Source: a bacterium UBP1_UBA4783
GTDB taxonomy: Bacteria > Krumholzibacteriota > Krumholzibacteriia > Krumholzibacteriales > Krumholzibacteriaceae
NCBI GenBank assembly: GCA_002403075.1
Contig: DHHB01000007.1
Coordinates: 2,339-66,338 of the forward strand
DNA length: 64,000 nucleotides
Reading direction: 5' to 3'
Part shown: positions 20,855 to 29,723 of the stretch, one piece after another
How positions within the stretch are numbered: the stretch's first letter is position 1
How the letters are laid out: each line of letters starts with the position of its first letter
Program-made: the position numbers and the translations under genes
The notes under the pieces: model-generated
Told to the model about the DNA's origin: nothing
Seen by the model: the letters and a program-made list of their open reading frames with translations, nothing else
The model's database searches: none

Positions 20855-21820
20855 ATGGACAAGGCTCTGCTCAAGGCTTCGACGATCGCGCTCCGCGACT
20901 GCCTCAAGCTCTCGAAGGGGGAGTCGCTCCTCATCGTGACCGACGCGAAGCTCCGCGCGATCGGCGTCGCGCTGCGTGACGCGGCGATCGAGCTCGGCGC
21001 CGATCCGGTTCTCGTCGAGATGCAGGTGCGAAGCCGCGACGGCGAGGAGCCGCCGGCGAACGTCACGCACGCCATGATGATGAGCAAGGTCGTCGTGGCC
21101 CCGACGACGCGCTCCCTCACGCACACCGCGGCGCGCCGCGAGGCCTGTAAGGCCGGTGCGCGCGTCGCGACGATGCCCGGCATCCGGCGCGACACGATGA
21201 TCCGGTGCCTCAACGCCGATTACTACAAGATAGCAGCGAGGACAAAGCGCATGACCGAGCTCCTCACCGCGGGCTCGCTTCTCAGGGTGACGAGCCCCGC
21301 CGGCACCGACATCACGCTCCCCATCGCGGGGATCAAGGCGATCGCCTCGACCGGCCTCATCCACGAGTCGGGCGGCTTCGGCAACCTCCCCTCCGGCGAG
21401 GCCTACATGATGCCCGTCGAGGGGGCCGCGGAAGGGGTCTTCGTCGTCGACGGCTCCATGGCCGGCATCGGCAACCTCGAGGGGAAAAAGCCGATCACGA
21501 TACGGGTCGAGAAGGGGTACGCCGTCTCGATCGAGGGGGGCGCCGCGGCCAAGGCGCTCCGCGCCAAGCTCGAGCCGCTCGGCCGCGCGGCGTTCAACGT
21601 CGCCGAGTTCGGCATCGGGACGAACGACGCCGCCCGCATCACGGGCTCGATCCTCGAGGACGAGAAGGTCATGGGCACGATCCACATCGCCCTCGGCAAC
21701 AACATGTCGATGGGAGGGACGGTGAACGTCCCCGTGCATCTCGACGGCATCGTGAAGAAGCCCACCGTCGAGCTCGACGGGGCGAAGATCATGGACCGCG
21801 GAAAGATGCTCGCGGACTGA
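20855..21820 (+). CDS. M29-like (thermophilic metalloprotease / aminopeptidase T) peptidase
   Basis: GNLPSGEAY, AEFGIGTN, LEDEK..GTIHIALG, HLDG; RBS GAGGAGG. Confidence 0.85.
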   Translation: MDKALLKASTIALRDCLKLSKGESLLIVTDAKLRAIGVALRDAAIELGADPVLVEMQVRSRDGEEPPANVTHAMMMSKVVVAPTTRSLTHTAARREACKAGARVATMPGIRRDTMIRCLNADYYKIAARTKRMTELLTAGSLLRVTSPAGTDITLPIAGIKAIASTGLIHESGGFGNLPSGEAYMMPVEGAAEGVFVVDGSMAGIGNLEGKKPITIRVEKGYAVSIEGGAAAKALRAKLEPLGRAAFNVAEFGIGTNDAARITGSILEDEKVMGTIHIALGNNMSMGGTVNVPVHLDGIVKKPTVELDGAKIMDRGKMLAD

Positions 21821-21846
21821 CCGCGGGCGCCTCGGTCCGGACTCGC

Positions 21847-21884
21847 GAAAAGGGCCGCCCCGGCGGGGCGGCCCTCGCGTTTTC
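21847..21884. terminator. Probable bidirectional intrinsic terminator
   Basis: AGGGCCGCCCC-ggc-GGGGCGGCCCT stem between convergent genes, with flanking A and T runs. Confidence 0.7.
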
Positions 21885-21902
21885 GGCGCGCGGCGGGAAT
21901 CC

Positions 21903-22805
21903 TCAGCGCATCGCCCGGAGCCGCCGCACCCGCTCATCGATGGGCGGATGCGTGCTGAAGAGGTTCGCGGTCTTCGCGAGGGGTTTCACCGGATTCACGA
22001 TGTAGAGGTGCTGCGTCGCCCGGTTCGCCGCCTCGAGCGGCTCGCGGTCGCCGGATATCTTCTCGAGGGCGCTCGCGAGCCCTTCCGGGTATCTCGTGAG
22101 CTTTACCGCCGAGGCGTCCGCGAGGTATTCGCGCTGTCTCGATATGGCGAGCTGGAGCAGCTTCGTGACGATCGGCGCGAGTATCGCGAGCACGATCGCG
22201 ACGACGAGTATGAGGGCCCCCGCCGAGCCGCCGCCGCTGCTGCTCCGGCGGCGGCGCCCCCCGCCCCAGAGAAAGCTCCTCAGAAAGAAATCGCTCATGA
22301 GGGCGATCGACCCGACGAGCACCCCGACCATCGTCGCGTAGAGGATGTCGCGGTTCCCGACGTGCGAAAGCTCGTGGGCCATGACCCCCTGCAGCTCGTC
22401 GCGGTTGAGCTTGTCGAGAAGCCCCGTCGTGATGGCGACGGAGGCGTGCGCGGGATCGCGTCCGGTGGCGAAGGCGTTCGGGGCCGAGTCTTCGATGACG
22501 TAGATCGCCGGCATCGGGAGCCCGCCCGCGAGCGAGAGCTCCTCGATGACGTTGAAGAGCTGCTGATGATCCTTCTTCTCGATCCGCCTCGCCCGGCTCA
22601 CGGCGAGCACCATCTTGTCTCCGCCGAAATAGGCGCCGAGCGACATGGCGAGCGCGAGAAGGAAGGCTATGACGATCCCCGCGTAGCCCGTCCCCCAGAA
22701 CCGTCCGAGAACGTACCCGAGCACGAGGAGCACCGCCGTCACGACGACCGTGAGGAAGAATGAGTTGCGCTTGTTCGCCGCGATCTCGTTCCACATCGAC
22801 GCCAC
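21903..22805 (-). CDS. htpX: M48 zinc metalloprotease HtpX
   Basis: PNAFATG, HELSH, SRQREYLAD, FSTHPP; TM segments; downstream of lemA. Start could be ATG 22796. Confidence 0.93.
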   Translation of the reverse strand: MASMWNEIAANKRNSFFLTVVVTAVLLVLGYVLGRFWGTGYAGIVIAFLLALAMSLGAYFGGDKMVLAVSRARRIEKKDHQQLFNVIEELSLAGGLPMPAIYVIEDSAPNAFATGRDPAHASVAITTGLLDKLNRDELQGVMAHELSHVGNRDILYATMVGVLVGSIALMSDFFLRSFLWGGGRRRRSSSGGGSAGALILVVAIVLAILAPIVTKLLQLAISRQREYLADASAVKLTRYPEGLASALEKISGDREPLEAANRATQHLYIVNPVKPLAKTANLFSTHPPIDERVRRLRAMR

Positions 22806-22852
22806 GGGATCTCACCCTCCGCTGTTCGAAACCATGTCCGCGCCCGCCGCGA

Positions 22853-23404
22853 TCAGAAGCTCACCTTCGGCGGCTGCTTCTCCGCCTCGATCTCGATTTC
22901 GAAAAAGTCGCGCGGCTTGAAGCCGAAAAGAGACGCGAAGATATTCGAGGGGATCGTCTCGATGCGCGTGTTGTAGTCGCGGACCGTCTCGTTGTAGTGC
23001 TGCCGGGAGAACGAGATCTTGTTCTCCGTCGAGGCGAGCTCTTCCTGAAGCGCGAGCATGTTCTGGTTCGCCTTGAGGTCGGGATAGCTCTCCGCCACGG
23101 CGAAGAGCGACCGCAACGCCCCCGTCAGCATGTTCTCCGCCTGCGCCTGCGCCTTGACCCCAGAGACGTCGATCGCCTGCTGGCGGGCCTTCGTCACGTT
23201 CTCGAGCACCTCTCGTTCGTGCTTGAGATACCCCTTCGCCGTTTCGACGAGGTTGGGGATGAGGTCGTAGCGGCGCTTGAGCTGCACGTCGATCTGGGCC
23301 CAGGCGCTCTCGCAGCGCTTTCGCAGAACGACGAGGGTGTTGAAGATGCCTATCGCGGCGAATACGAGGACGACGAGGACAATGAGCGCTATCCAGCCGG
23401 CCAT
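22853..23404 (-). CDS. lemA: LemA family protein
   Basis: N-terminal TM; AWAQIDVQLKRRYDLIPNLV, AESYPDLKAN, ENKISFSRQHYN. Confidence 0.95.
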   Translation of the reverse strand: MAGWIALIVLVVLVFAAIGIFNTLVVLRKRCESAWAQIDVQLKRRYDLIPNLVETAKGYLKHEREVLENVTKARQQAIDVSGVKAQAQAENMLTGALRSLFAVAESYPDLKANQNMLALQEELASTENKISFSRQHYNETVRDYNTRIETIPSNIFASLFGFKPRDFFEIEIEAEKQPPKVSF

Positions 23405-23773
23405 CGTGAACCTCCGTTCGCGTACGTTCCCCCCGCGCATGCGCGCGCCGCCGGGAGGCATTCGCCGCCCGGCGCAACCTCCGCAATTCTACGCGCGGGA
23501 ACGCCGTTCGTTGCAGATGGTAATAACTTCCCCGAGGCCGCGCAAGCGAAACCGGACGCCGCGGAATCCGGTGCCCCGGGCGGGATTCGCAAAACGCGAC
23601 GAGGCCTCCGCGCAACGGACGGACAAGCGGAGGGATTGCCGCACGCAGGAGCGCGCTCCGTGGCATTATGAGATTGAAGCGGCAACGGCGAGGCTCGCCG
23701 CACCCTCACGCTCCCTTTTACAACACATTGTCGATACTGCGGTTACGGGCTCTTGCCTCTCGTCCGCCATCGA

Positions 23774-23789
23774 TGGCATATAGCTTGCT
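23774..23789 (+). promoter_or_regulatory. sigma54 (-24/-12) promoter upstream of Ig-domain lipoprotein
   Basis: TGGCAT-ATAGC-TTGCT, exact GG-N10-GC spacing, about 60 bp before the ATG. Confidence 0.7.
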
Positions 23790-23848
23790 CGAAGCGGAGT
23801 CACGAGGGGACCGCAGGATTTGAATCGGAAGATACAAGGAGGTCCGAC

Positions 23849-24676
23849 ATGAGGAAGGGTTTCGTTCTGTTCGCGGGTCTTTTCATCCTCTCCATGTTCG
23901 CTGCATGCTCGGAGGATTCGACCCCGACCCCGCCGGTTCCGCCCGCCGACTTCGAGATAACGACCGCGGCGGTCGCGACCGGTTACACGTGCTCTCCGTA
24001 CAACATGGCGATCGATGTCGAAGGCGGCGTTGCTCCCTATACGTGGTCGCTCGCCGCTGGCAGCAGCCTCCCCGACGGCCTCGTGATGAGCGCCGACGGC
24101 CGCATCACGGGTCTCTGCATGACGGTCGGCGACTACATCTTCACGGTGCGCGTCGAGGACAGCTCCGAGACGCCGAAGACGGCCGAGCAGGAATACACGC
24201 TCTCGGTCGAAGTTCCGTCGAACCCCTCGCTCGCGGTCTTCTTCGACGGCGAGGCCACCGAGTGCAGCACGACCACGCTCTCGTGGACGCCTCTCAGCTG
24301 CTACGTGTTCATCATGCTCGACGAGAGCGAAGTGGGCTGCGCGAGGGCGACGGAGTTCAAGCTTCGCTTGACGAACGCCGAGGGCGTCGATCTCGTTGCG
24401 GGTTCTGAGTACGCCATCATCGGCACCTCGATCCCGTCCTATGTCGCCGCCACTATCGGCGATCTCTTCAACGGCATCGCGCTCGCGTTCAACCGGCCGA
24501 TGTTCGGTCCCGAACCGGTGCTCGTCGCGTCCTTCAACATCCTTCTGCTCGAGAATCTGGAGGACCTGTCGTTCAAGTTCGAGCCGAATCCGGGCGGCTA
24601 TCTCGCGATCGCTTCCTGCGAGGAAAACTGTCCGATCGTCGAGGTCAGCGGTCGCGCGGCCGCGATCAACTACTAG
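23849..24676 (+). CDS. Lipoprotein with putative Ig (He_PIG-like) domain and C-terminal cohesin-like beta domain
   Basis: Lipobox FAAC; GGVAPYTWSL..GSSLPDGL...G.ITG...G.Y.FTVRVED; RBS AAGGAGG. Confidence 0.75.
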   Translation: MRKGFVLFAGLFILSMFAACSEDSTPTPPVPPADFEITTAAVATGYTCSPYNMAIDVEGGVAPYTWSLAAGSSLPDGLVMSADGRITGLCMTVGDYIFTVRVEDSSETPKTAEQEYTLSVEVPSNPSLAVFFDGEATECSTTTLSWTPLSCYVFIMLDESEVGCARATEFKLRLTNAEGVDLVAGSEYAIIGTSIPSYVAATIGDLFNGIALAFNRPMFGPEPVLVASFNILLLENLEDLSFKFEPNPGGYLAIASCEENCPIVEVSGRAAAINY

Positions 24677-24752
24677 ACGACGCGGCCTCACCGGCCCATG
24701 GTGTGTGCCCCTCGGGATCGCGCGGCGACGCCGCGCCTCCCGGGGGGCCTTT

Positions 24753-27056
24753 TTATTGCCTGATGAGCTTCTTGAGCCCCTCGAGCACCTTGTCCTGCGC
24801 CTTGCTCTTCGCCTTCGAGAGATCGAGCATGGCGGAAGGGTGCTTCGAGGTCCCGGTCACGCGGATATCGAGCACGAGGTTGCCGCTCGAATCGCGCATG
24901 AGGTCGAGGGCGCTCTTGTAGGCGTCGATATTCTTCATCCGCTGCTGCACTGCCGGCGGAATCACGGCGTGCACCGTGTAATCGAGCGATCCGTCGAGCC
25001 CGAACGATCCCTTGATCGCCCACGCCCCCGAGGACGAGGCGATTTTCCAGTCGTCCGTGACGAAGCGGCCGTTCTGGACCTTGAAGTTCCCGGCCCACTC
25101 GCGGAAATCGAACTTCACGAGAGGGGCGACGTCGAAGTTCTGTATGCTCGCGAGGCCTCCGAGGTACTTCTCGAAATTCACAGAACCCTTGTTCGAAAGA
25201 GCGGAGCCGGCGGCCGTGAGCGACACGAGAGGATCGAGGCCATGCCCCGTAACGAGACTCGCCTTCGAGCTGACGTTGAAGCGCCCCTGGATGAGGGTTC
25301 CGAGGGAGACGAGCCTCCCGAGCGCCTCGCCCGCCTCGACACCGTCGAGCGAGAAATCGATCGAGCTTTCGACGCGGGCGGGTTTCCGAACGTCGCTCGC
25401 GATCGTCGCGGAACCCTTGCCGCCGGCGTAGCCGAAGGTCGCCGGATCGATCCGCACGCGGCCGTCCCGGATCGTTCCCTTCGCCTCGACGGCGGTGAGA
25501 ACGGCCTCGCGGGTGACGACCGAGTCGAGCTTCACGGTGAAAACGGTGTTCTTGAGGAATAGTATCGCGCCCGCTCCGCCCGAGGCGGGCTCTTGCCGGG
25601 GAACGGCCGTTTTCGGCGCCTCTGATTTCGAGGTTTCCCGCGGCTTCTGATAGGGCTGTGCGTCGAACGAGCGGCCGGCCGCCTCGACGCGGATGACCGG
25701 AGCGTTCACCATCTTGTCGAGATAGGGGCCGAGATCGGCGACCGGCTTCGCGTCGCCCGTCTGAAGCAGCTTCTGCGCGACGAGTGCGAGCTCGGCCGCG
25801 GCCGGCATGACGTTCGCGAGAGAACCGCTGAAGGTGAACGGGCTGCCGCCGACGCGGAACTCGCCGGCGACGCGCTTCACGTCCGTGCCCGAGATTTCGG
25901 CCTTCGCCTTGAGCCCGGAGATCCTCACGGGAGGCGGAACGAACTCGCCCTCCCGGGGAGCGGGCGCCTGCCGCGCGGCTTGCAGGACGATCTCGCCGTC
26001 CGAGACGTCGATCGTTCCCTCGAGCTCGATCGCCTGCCACGAGAGCGTAACCTGCTCGAGCGTGAGAGGCTTCGAAGCGCTCGGCATGAGGCTCTGCCAC
26101 GCGAAGGCGTTGCCCGAGCCCGCGAAGCGCGCCGAGACGCCGCCGAGCGACGCGAGATCCCCCATCCGAAATGACGCGCCGGCGAGCGCCGCCTCGAAGG
26201 AGAGGCTCATGCCGAGCGGCTCGCGCGCGAGGCCTTGAATGCGGGCCGAGTACTTCAGCGTGCCGCCCGCGATCTCGGGACGGGGGCCATCCGACGCCGG
26301 TTTCGGCGCCTGAGCCGCCGCGGGCGAGAGTTCGTCGAGCTTGAAGGCCTCGATCTTCTCGAGAACGGGGGCAAGCGGCTTCTCGGCGCCCTCTATCGTC
26401 ACATCGAGCCGCGGGGAAGTTTTGAGATCGGTCGCCTCACCCGTGATCGCCATCGAGACGAGATCGTCCCAGCGGACCTGCCCTTCCTTGATCGCGAGCC
26501 GCGAGAGCTCGCGGTCGGTCTCGAGCGCGCCGTCGAAGGCGACCCTCTCCAGCACGACCGCCGGCGGCGATCCCGGCCGGGCGACGAGAACGGAATCGGC
26601 GCGCGCCTTGGCGTCGAGGGCGAAAAGCTCTCCCTCCGGCTTCATCGCGAGCTGCGCTTCGAGCCCGCGGAGTCCGATCTCCCGGTCTTTGTTCGCGTTG
26701 ACGAGCGTGACGGAGCCTCCGCGCACGGCCGCGGACGTGATTTCGGGCTTCCGCCTGAGGAGGGAGAGCAGCGACGCGCGGATCGTGACCCTCCGGGAGG
26801 AGAAGTCGAGCTCGGTCGTGTCGGGAAGCGTCTTGCCGAAACGAAGGTCCTCTATGTCGACGCCGAATCCGAACGGAAAATTGACCTTGATGCCGCCGAT
26901 CGTCACCTTCGCGTCGACCATCCGCTCGACGCGCGGCAGCACGATCGCCATGAGCTTCTCCTGCGTGAAAACGAGACGCACCGCGACGACCGCCGCGGCG
27001 ACGACGCACGCGACGACCGCGAGAGCTATCAAGAGACCTTTACGCTTCGCCGCCAT
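24753..27056 (-). CDS. AsmA-family protein
   Basis: Single N-terminal TM followed by a long beta-rich body (LLSLLRRKPEI), C-terminal GSFGLDGSLDY...VTGTSKHP. Confidence 0.75.
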   Translation of the reverse strand: MAAKRKGLLIALAVVACVVAAAVVAVRLVFTQEKLMAIVLPRVERMVDAKVTIGGIKVNFPFGFGVDIEDLRFGKTLPDTTELDFSSRRVTIRASLLSLLRRKPEITSAAVRGGSVTLVNANKDREIGLRGLEAQLAMKPEGELFALDAKARADSVLVARPGSPPAVVLERVAFDGALETDRELSRLAIKEGQVRWDDLVSMAITGEATDLKTSPRLDVTIEGAEKPLAPVLEKIEAFKLDELSPAAAQAPKPASDGPRPEIAGGTLKYSARIQGLAREPLGMSLSFEAALAGASFRMGDLASLGGVSARFAGSGNAFAWQSLMPSASKPLTLEQVTLSWQAIELEGTIDVSDGEIVLQAARQAPAPREGEFVPPPVRISGLKAKAEISGTDVKRVAGEFRVGGSPFTFSGSLANVMPAAAELALVAQKLLQTGDAKPVADLGPYLDKMVNAPVIRVEAAGRSFDAQPYQKPRETSKSEAPKTAVPRQEPASGGAGAILFLKNTVFTVKLDSVVTREAVLTAVEAKGTIRDGRVRIDPATFGYAGGKGSATIASDVRKPARVESSIDFSLDGVEAGEALGRLVSLGTLIQGRFNVSSKASLVTGHGLDPLVSLTAAGSALSNKGSVNFEKYLGGLASIQNFDVAPLVKFDFREWAGNFKVQNGRFVTDDWKIASSSGAWAIKGSFGLDGSLDYTVHAVIPPAVQQRMKNIDAYKSALDLMRDSSGNLVLDIRVTGTSKHPSAMLDLSKAKSKAQDKVLEGLKKLIRQ

Positions 27057-27205
27057 ACACATCCTCCCATCCTGCGACAGCCGACACGTATCCGCTACGC
27101 CGGGCGGCCGGGGCCGCCGCGGCCTCCGGCGACACGCCGGCCGCCGCGGAACCGCATCCCGCCCGCCGGAGAAGACTCTACCGCACCGGGGCGCGGGCTT
27201 TCAAC

Positions 27206-27234
27206 TTGAAATGCCCTGGAGCATTCACTACCAT
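27206..27234 (+). promoter_or_regulatory. sigma70-type promoter for radical SAM gene
   Basis: TTGAAA-N17-TACCAT. Confidence 0.5.
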
Positions 27235-27278
27235 TCCGCCGTCGCGCTCCCGAAAGCGGGACGAAAGCCGAGGCGTTC

Positions 27279-28154
27279 ATGATCAGATACATCGAGCCGG
27301 TCTACCGGCCGCCGAGCGAAGCGGGCTCGCTTATTCTGCAGGCGACGATCGGCTGCTCGAACAACACCTGCCTCTTTTGCTATATGTACCGCGGAAAGCC
27401 GTTCCGGGTGAAGCCGTGGGAGCTCCTCCGGGCGGAGATCGACGAGGCGGCGGCGCTGGCGCCGGGAACGCGCCGCGTATTTCTCGCCGACGGAGACGCC
27501 TTCGTGCTGCCGACCCGCCTTCTCGCGCGCATTCTCGACCATCTCCGCGCGGCGTTTCCGAACCTCCAGCGCGTCACCGCGTACGCGTCCCCCCCGAACC
27601 TCCTGAAAAAATCCGTCGCCGAGATGCGAGGGCTCGCCGAGAAGGGGCTCAAGATCCTTTACTACGGCGTCGAGACGGGAGACGCGGAGCTCCTCGCGAA
27701 GATCCGCAAGAACGCGACGCCGGACGAGATGGTCGAAGGATGCCTCAAGGCGAAAGAGGCCGGGCTCAAGCTTTCCGTCACCGTCATACTCGGTCTCGGC
27801 GGAAAAAAAGGCGGTCTCCGCCACGCCCGCGAGACGGCGCGGCTCGCGAACCGTATCCAGCCGCGATTCCTCTCGGCGCTCACGCTCATGCTCGGGCCCT
27901 ACGAGCGGGAGTACCGGGCGGCCATGGGGCCGGATTTCGAGTACACGAACGCCGTCGACGACACGAGAGAGCTCCGCGAGCTCGTCGCCGGGCTCGAGAC
28001 CGACGGCTGCATCTTCCGCAGCAATCACGCCTCCAACTATCTCCCCCTCGCCGGCACCCTCCCCGGAGACAAGGCGCGCCTCCTCGACGAGATCGACCGC
28101 GCCCTCGCCGAGCCGGACCGTTTCCTGCGCGACGAATGGATGCGGGGGCTCTGA
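27279..28154 (+). CDS. Radical SAM protein, function unknown
   Basis: YRPPSEA...QATIGCSNNTCLFC (CxxxCxxC), FLADGDA, GVETG, FRSNHASNY. Confidence 0.9.
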   Translation: MIRYIEPVYRPPSEAGSLILQATIGCSNNTCLFCYMYRGKPFRVKPWELLRAEIDEAAALAPGTRRVFLADGDAFVLPTRLLARILDHLRAAFPNLQRVTAYASPPNLLKKSVAEMRGLAEKGLKILYYGVETGDAELLAKIRKNATPDEMVEGCLKAKEAGLKLSVTVILGLGGKKGGLRHARETARLANRIQPRFLSALTLMLGPYEREYRAAMGPDFEYTNAVDDTRELRELVAGLETDGCIFRSNHASNYLPLAGTLPGDKARLLDEIDRALAEPDRFLRDEWMRGL

Positions 28155-28161
28155 ACGAGGG

Positions 28162-28190
28162 TTGACGATTCGGCTTTCAGGGGCTATCTT
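28162..28190 (+). promoter_or_regulatory. sigma70-type promoter
   Basis: TTGACG-N17-TATCTT upstream of ATG 28219. Confidence 0.55.
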
Positions 28191-28218
28191 TATGGTAGAG
28201 ACCTCACGAGGGGGAAAT

Positions 28219-29526
28219 ATGAAAAGACTATTCGATACGCCAGCCGGCAAGCGCGCGTTCGCGTTGTCGGCCCTCGCGGTCTTCGCCGTCTGCTGCATCG
28301 GCTCGTGCGCCGACGAGAGCGAACCGACCGGCGTCGGGCCACAGCATCCGTACGGCATCGTGGTCGCCTCCGAAGGCTGCAAGCTCTTCGACAAGCCCGC
28401 GGAAGACTTCGACGCTCCCTCGAATCGGGACTGCGTCGCATGGACGTACGGCGCGGACGGCACCCTCGCGCTCAAACACGTGAACGCCGGATTCAACTGC
28501 TGCCCCGGGGCCCTTACGGCGGACATCACGATCTCGGACGACGCGATCACCATCGTCGAGCACGAGCAGATGAACGGGTGCCGGTGCCTCTGCCTCTTCG
28601 ACGTTCGTTACAAGGTCTTCAAGCTGCCGGCGGGAACCTACACCATCCGGTTCGTGGAGCTCTACGAGCTCGGCGACCCGCCGCTCGCCGTCACCGTCGA
28701 TCTCGCGTCGAACCCGACCGGCAGTTTCTGCGTCCCCCGCACGCACTATCCATGGTACGAGCCGAGCGGCTCGCGACCCGAGCCCCAGGGGCGTCTCGTC
28801 CGCGCGAGCGGCTGCGGGGGCGATCCGAGCCTCACGGATGACGATACGTATGCGACCGATCTTTCGTGCGTCGAATGGCGCCTCTCCGAAGGAGGCGTTC
28901 TGCGGCTGCGTCATCTCAACGCGGGATTCAATTGCTGCGCCGAAATCGGCGCGGATATCAGCGTCGAGGAAGGTCTGATCACGATCGTCGAACACGAGAG
29001 CGGGCCGCCGTGCGATTGCCTGTGCCTGTACGACATCGAATATGAATTCGCCGGTATCCCAGCGGGAACGCACCGCGTGCGCTTCGTCGAATTGTACACG
29101 AGCTCGGAAGACGAGCTTCTCGATTTTCCGGTCGATTTCTCCGTCTACCCGGCGGGCGTTCAATGCGCCTATCGAACGCACTATCCGTGGGGGTATTCGA
29201 GCTCGCTCCCGGAGGACGAGGCGCGGCTCGCCGTCATGCAGCGGGAGATCGTCGATTTTATCGGAGTTCCGTCATGCGGTGCGGTTGGGGATTGCCGGCA
29301 TATCGGCATCGGTTCGAAGCCATGCGGCGGACCGTGGAGCTATCTCATCTATTCGGCCGCGACGATCGACGAACATGAGCTCCGCAGCCGCGTTCTTCGA
29401 TACAACGCCTGGAACCACGGCATGAACCGGCGGTATGGTCTCGTTTCCACGTGCGACGTGGCGCCCGAGCCGCGGCCGGGATGCGTCGGCGGCGTGTGCG
29501 CGGATCTCGACGCCGGGCCGAGATGA
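28219..29526 (+). CDS. Cysteine-rich lipoprotein with internal tandem domain duplication
   Basis: Lipobox-like IGSC; two copies of HxNAGFNCC...ITIVEHE...CxCLCL[FY]D...RFVELY...RTHYPW; C-terminal GSKPCGGP...STCD domain. Confidence 0.75.
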   Translation: MKRLFDTPAGKRAFALSALAVFAVCCIGSCADESEPTGVGPQHPYGIVVASEGCKLFDKPAEDFDAPSNRDCVAWTYGADGTLALKHVNAGFNCCPGALTADITISDDAITIVEHEQMNGCRCLCLFDVRYKVFKLPAGTYTIRFVELYELGDPPLAVTVDLASNPTGSFCVPRTHYPWYEPSGSRPEPQGRLVRASGCGGDPSLTDDDTYATDLSCVEWRLSEGGVLRLRHLNAGFNCCAEIGADISVEEGLITIVEHESGPPCDCLCLYDIEYEFAGIPAGTHRVRFVELYTSSEDELLDFPVDFSVYPAGVQCAYRTHYPWGYSSSLPEDEARLAVMQREIVDFIGVPSCGAVGDCRHIGIGSKPCGGPWSYLIYSAATIDEHELRSRVLRYNAWNHGMNRRYGLVSTCDVAPEPRPGCVGGVCADLDAGPR

Positions 29527-29723
29527 AGCGAACGGGCGCATGAGAGGCGCTCATCCTCCCGGCGCCCGCGCGGCGGCCCGCCGCGGGCCCCTCGAAAGAC
29601 GGGCGTTTTCAGTGGACAAAACGCCCGGCATCCATTATCAATAAGGGACTTGGAACCGCGCCCCCATCAGGGAGCGCGCTGAACTCAATATATTGCAATA
29701 TAAGCAGATACAGGGAGGTTGTT

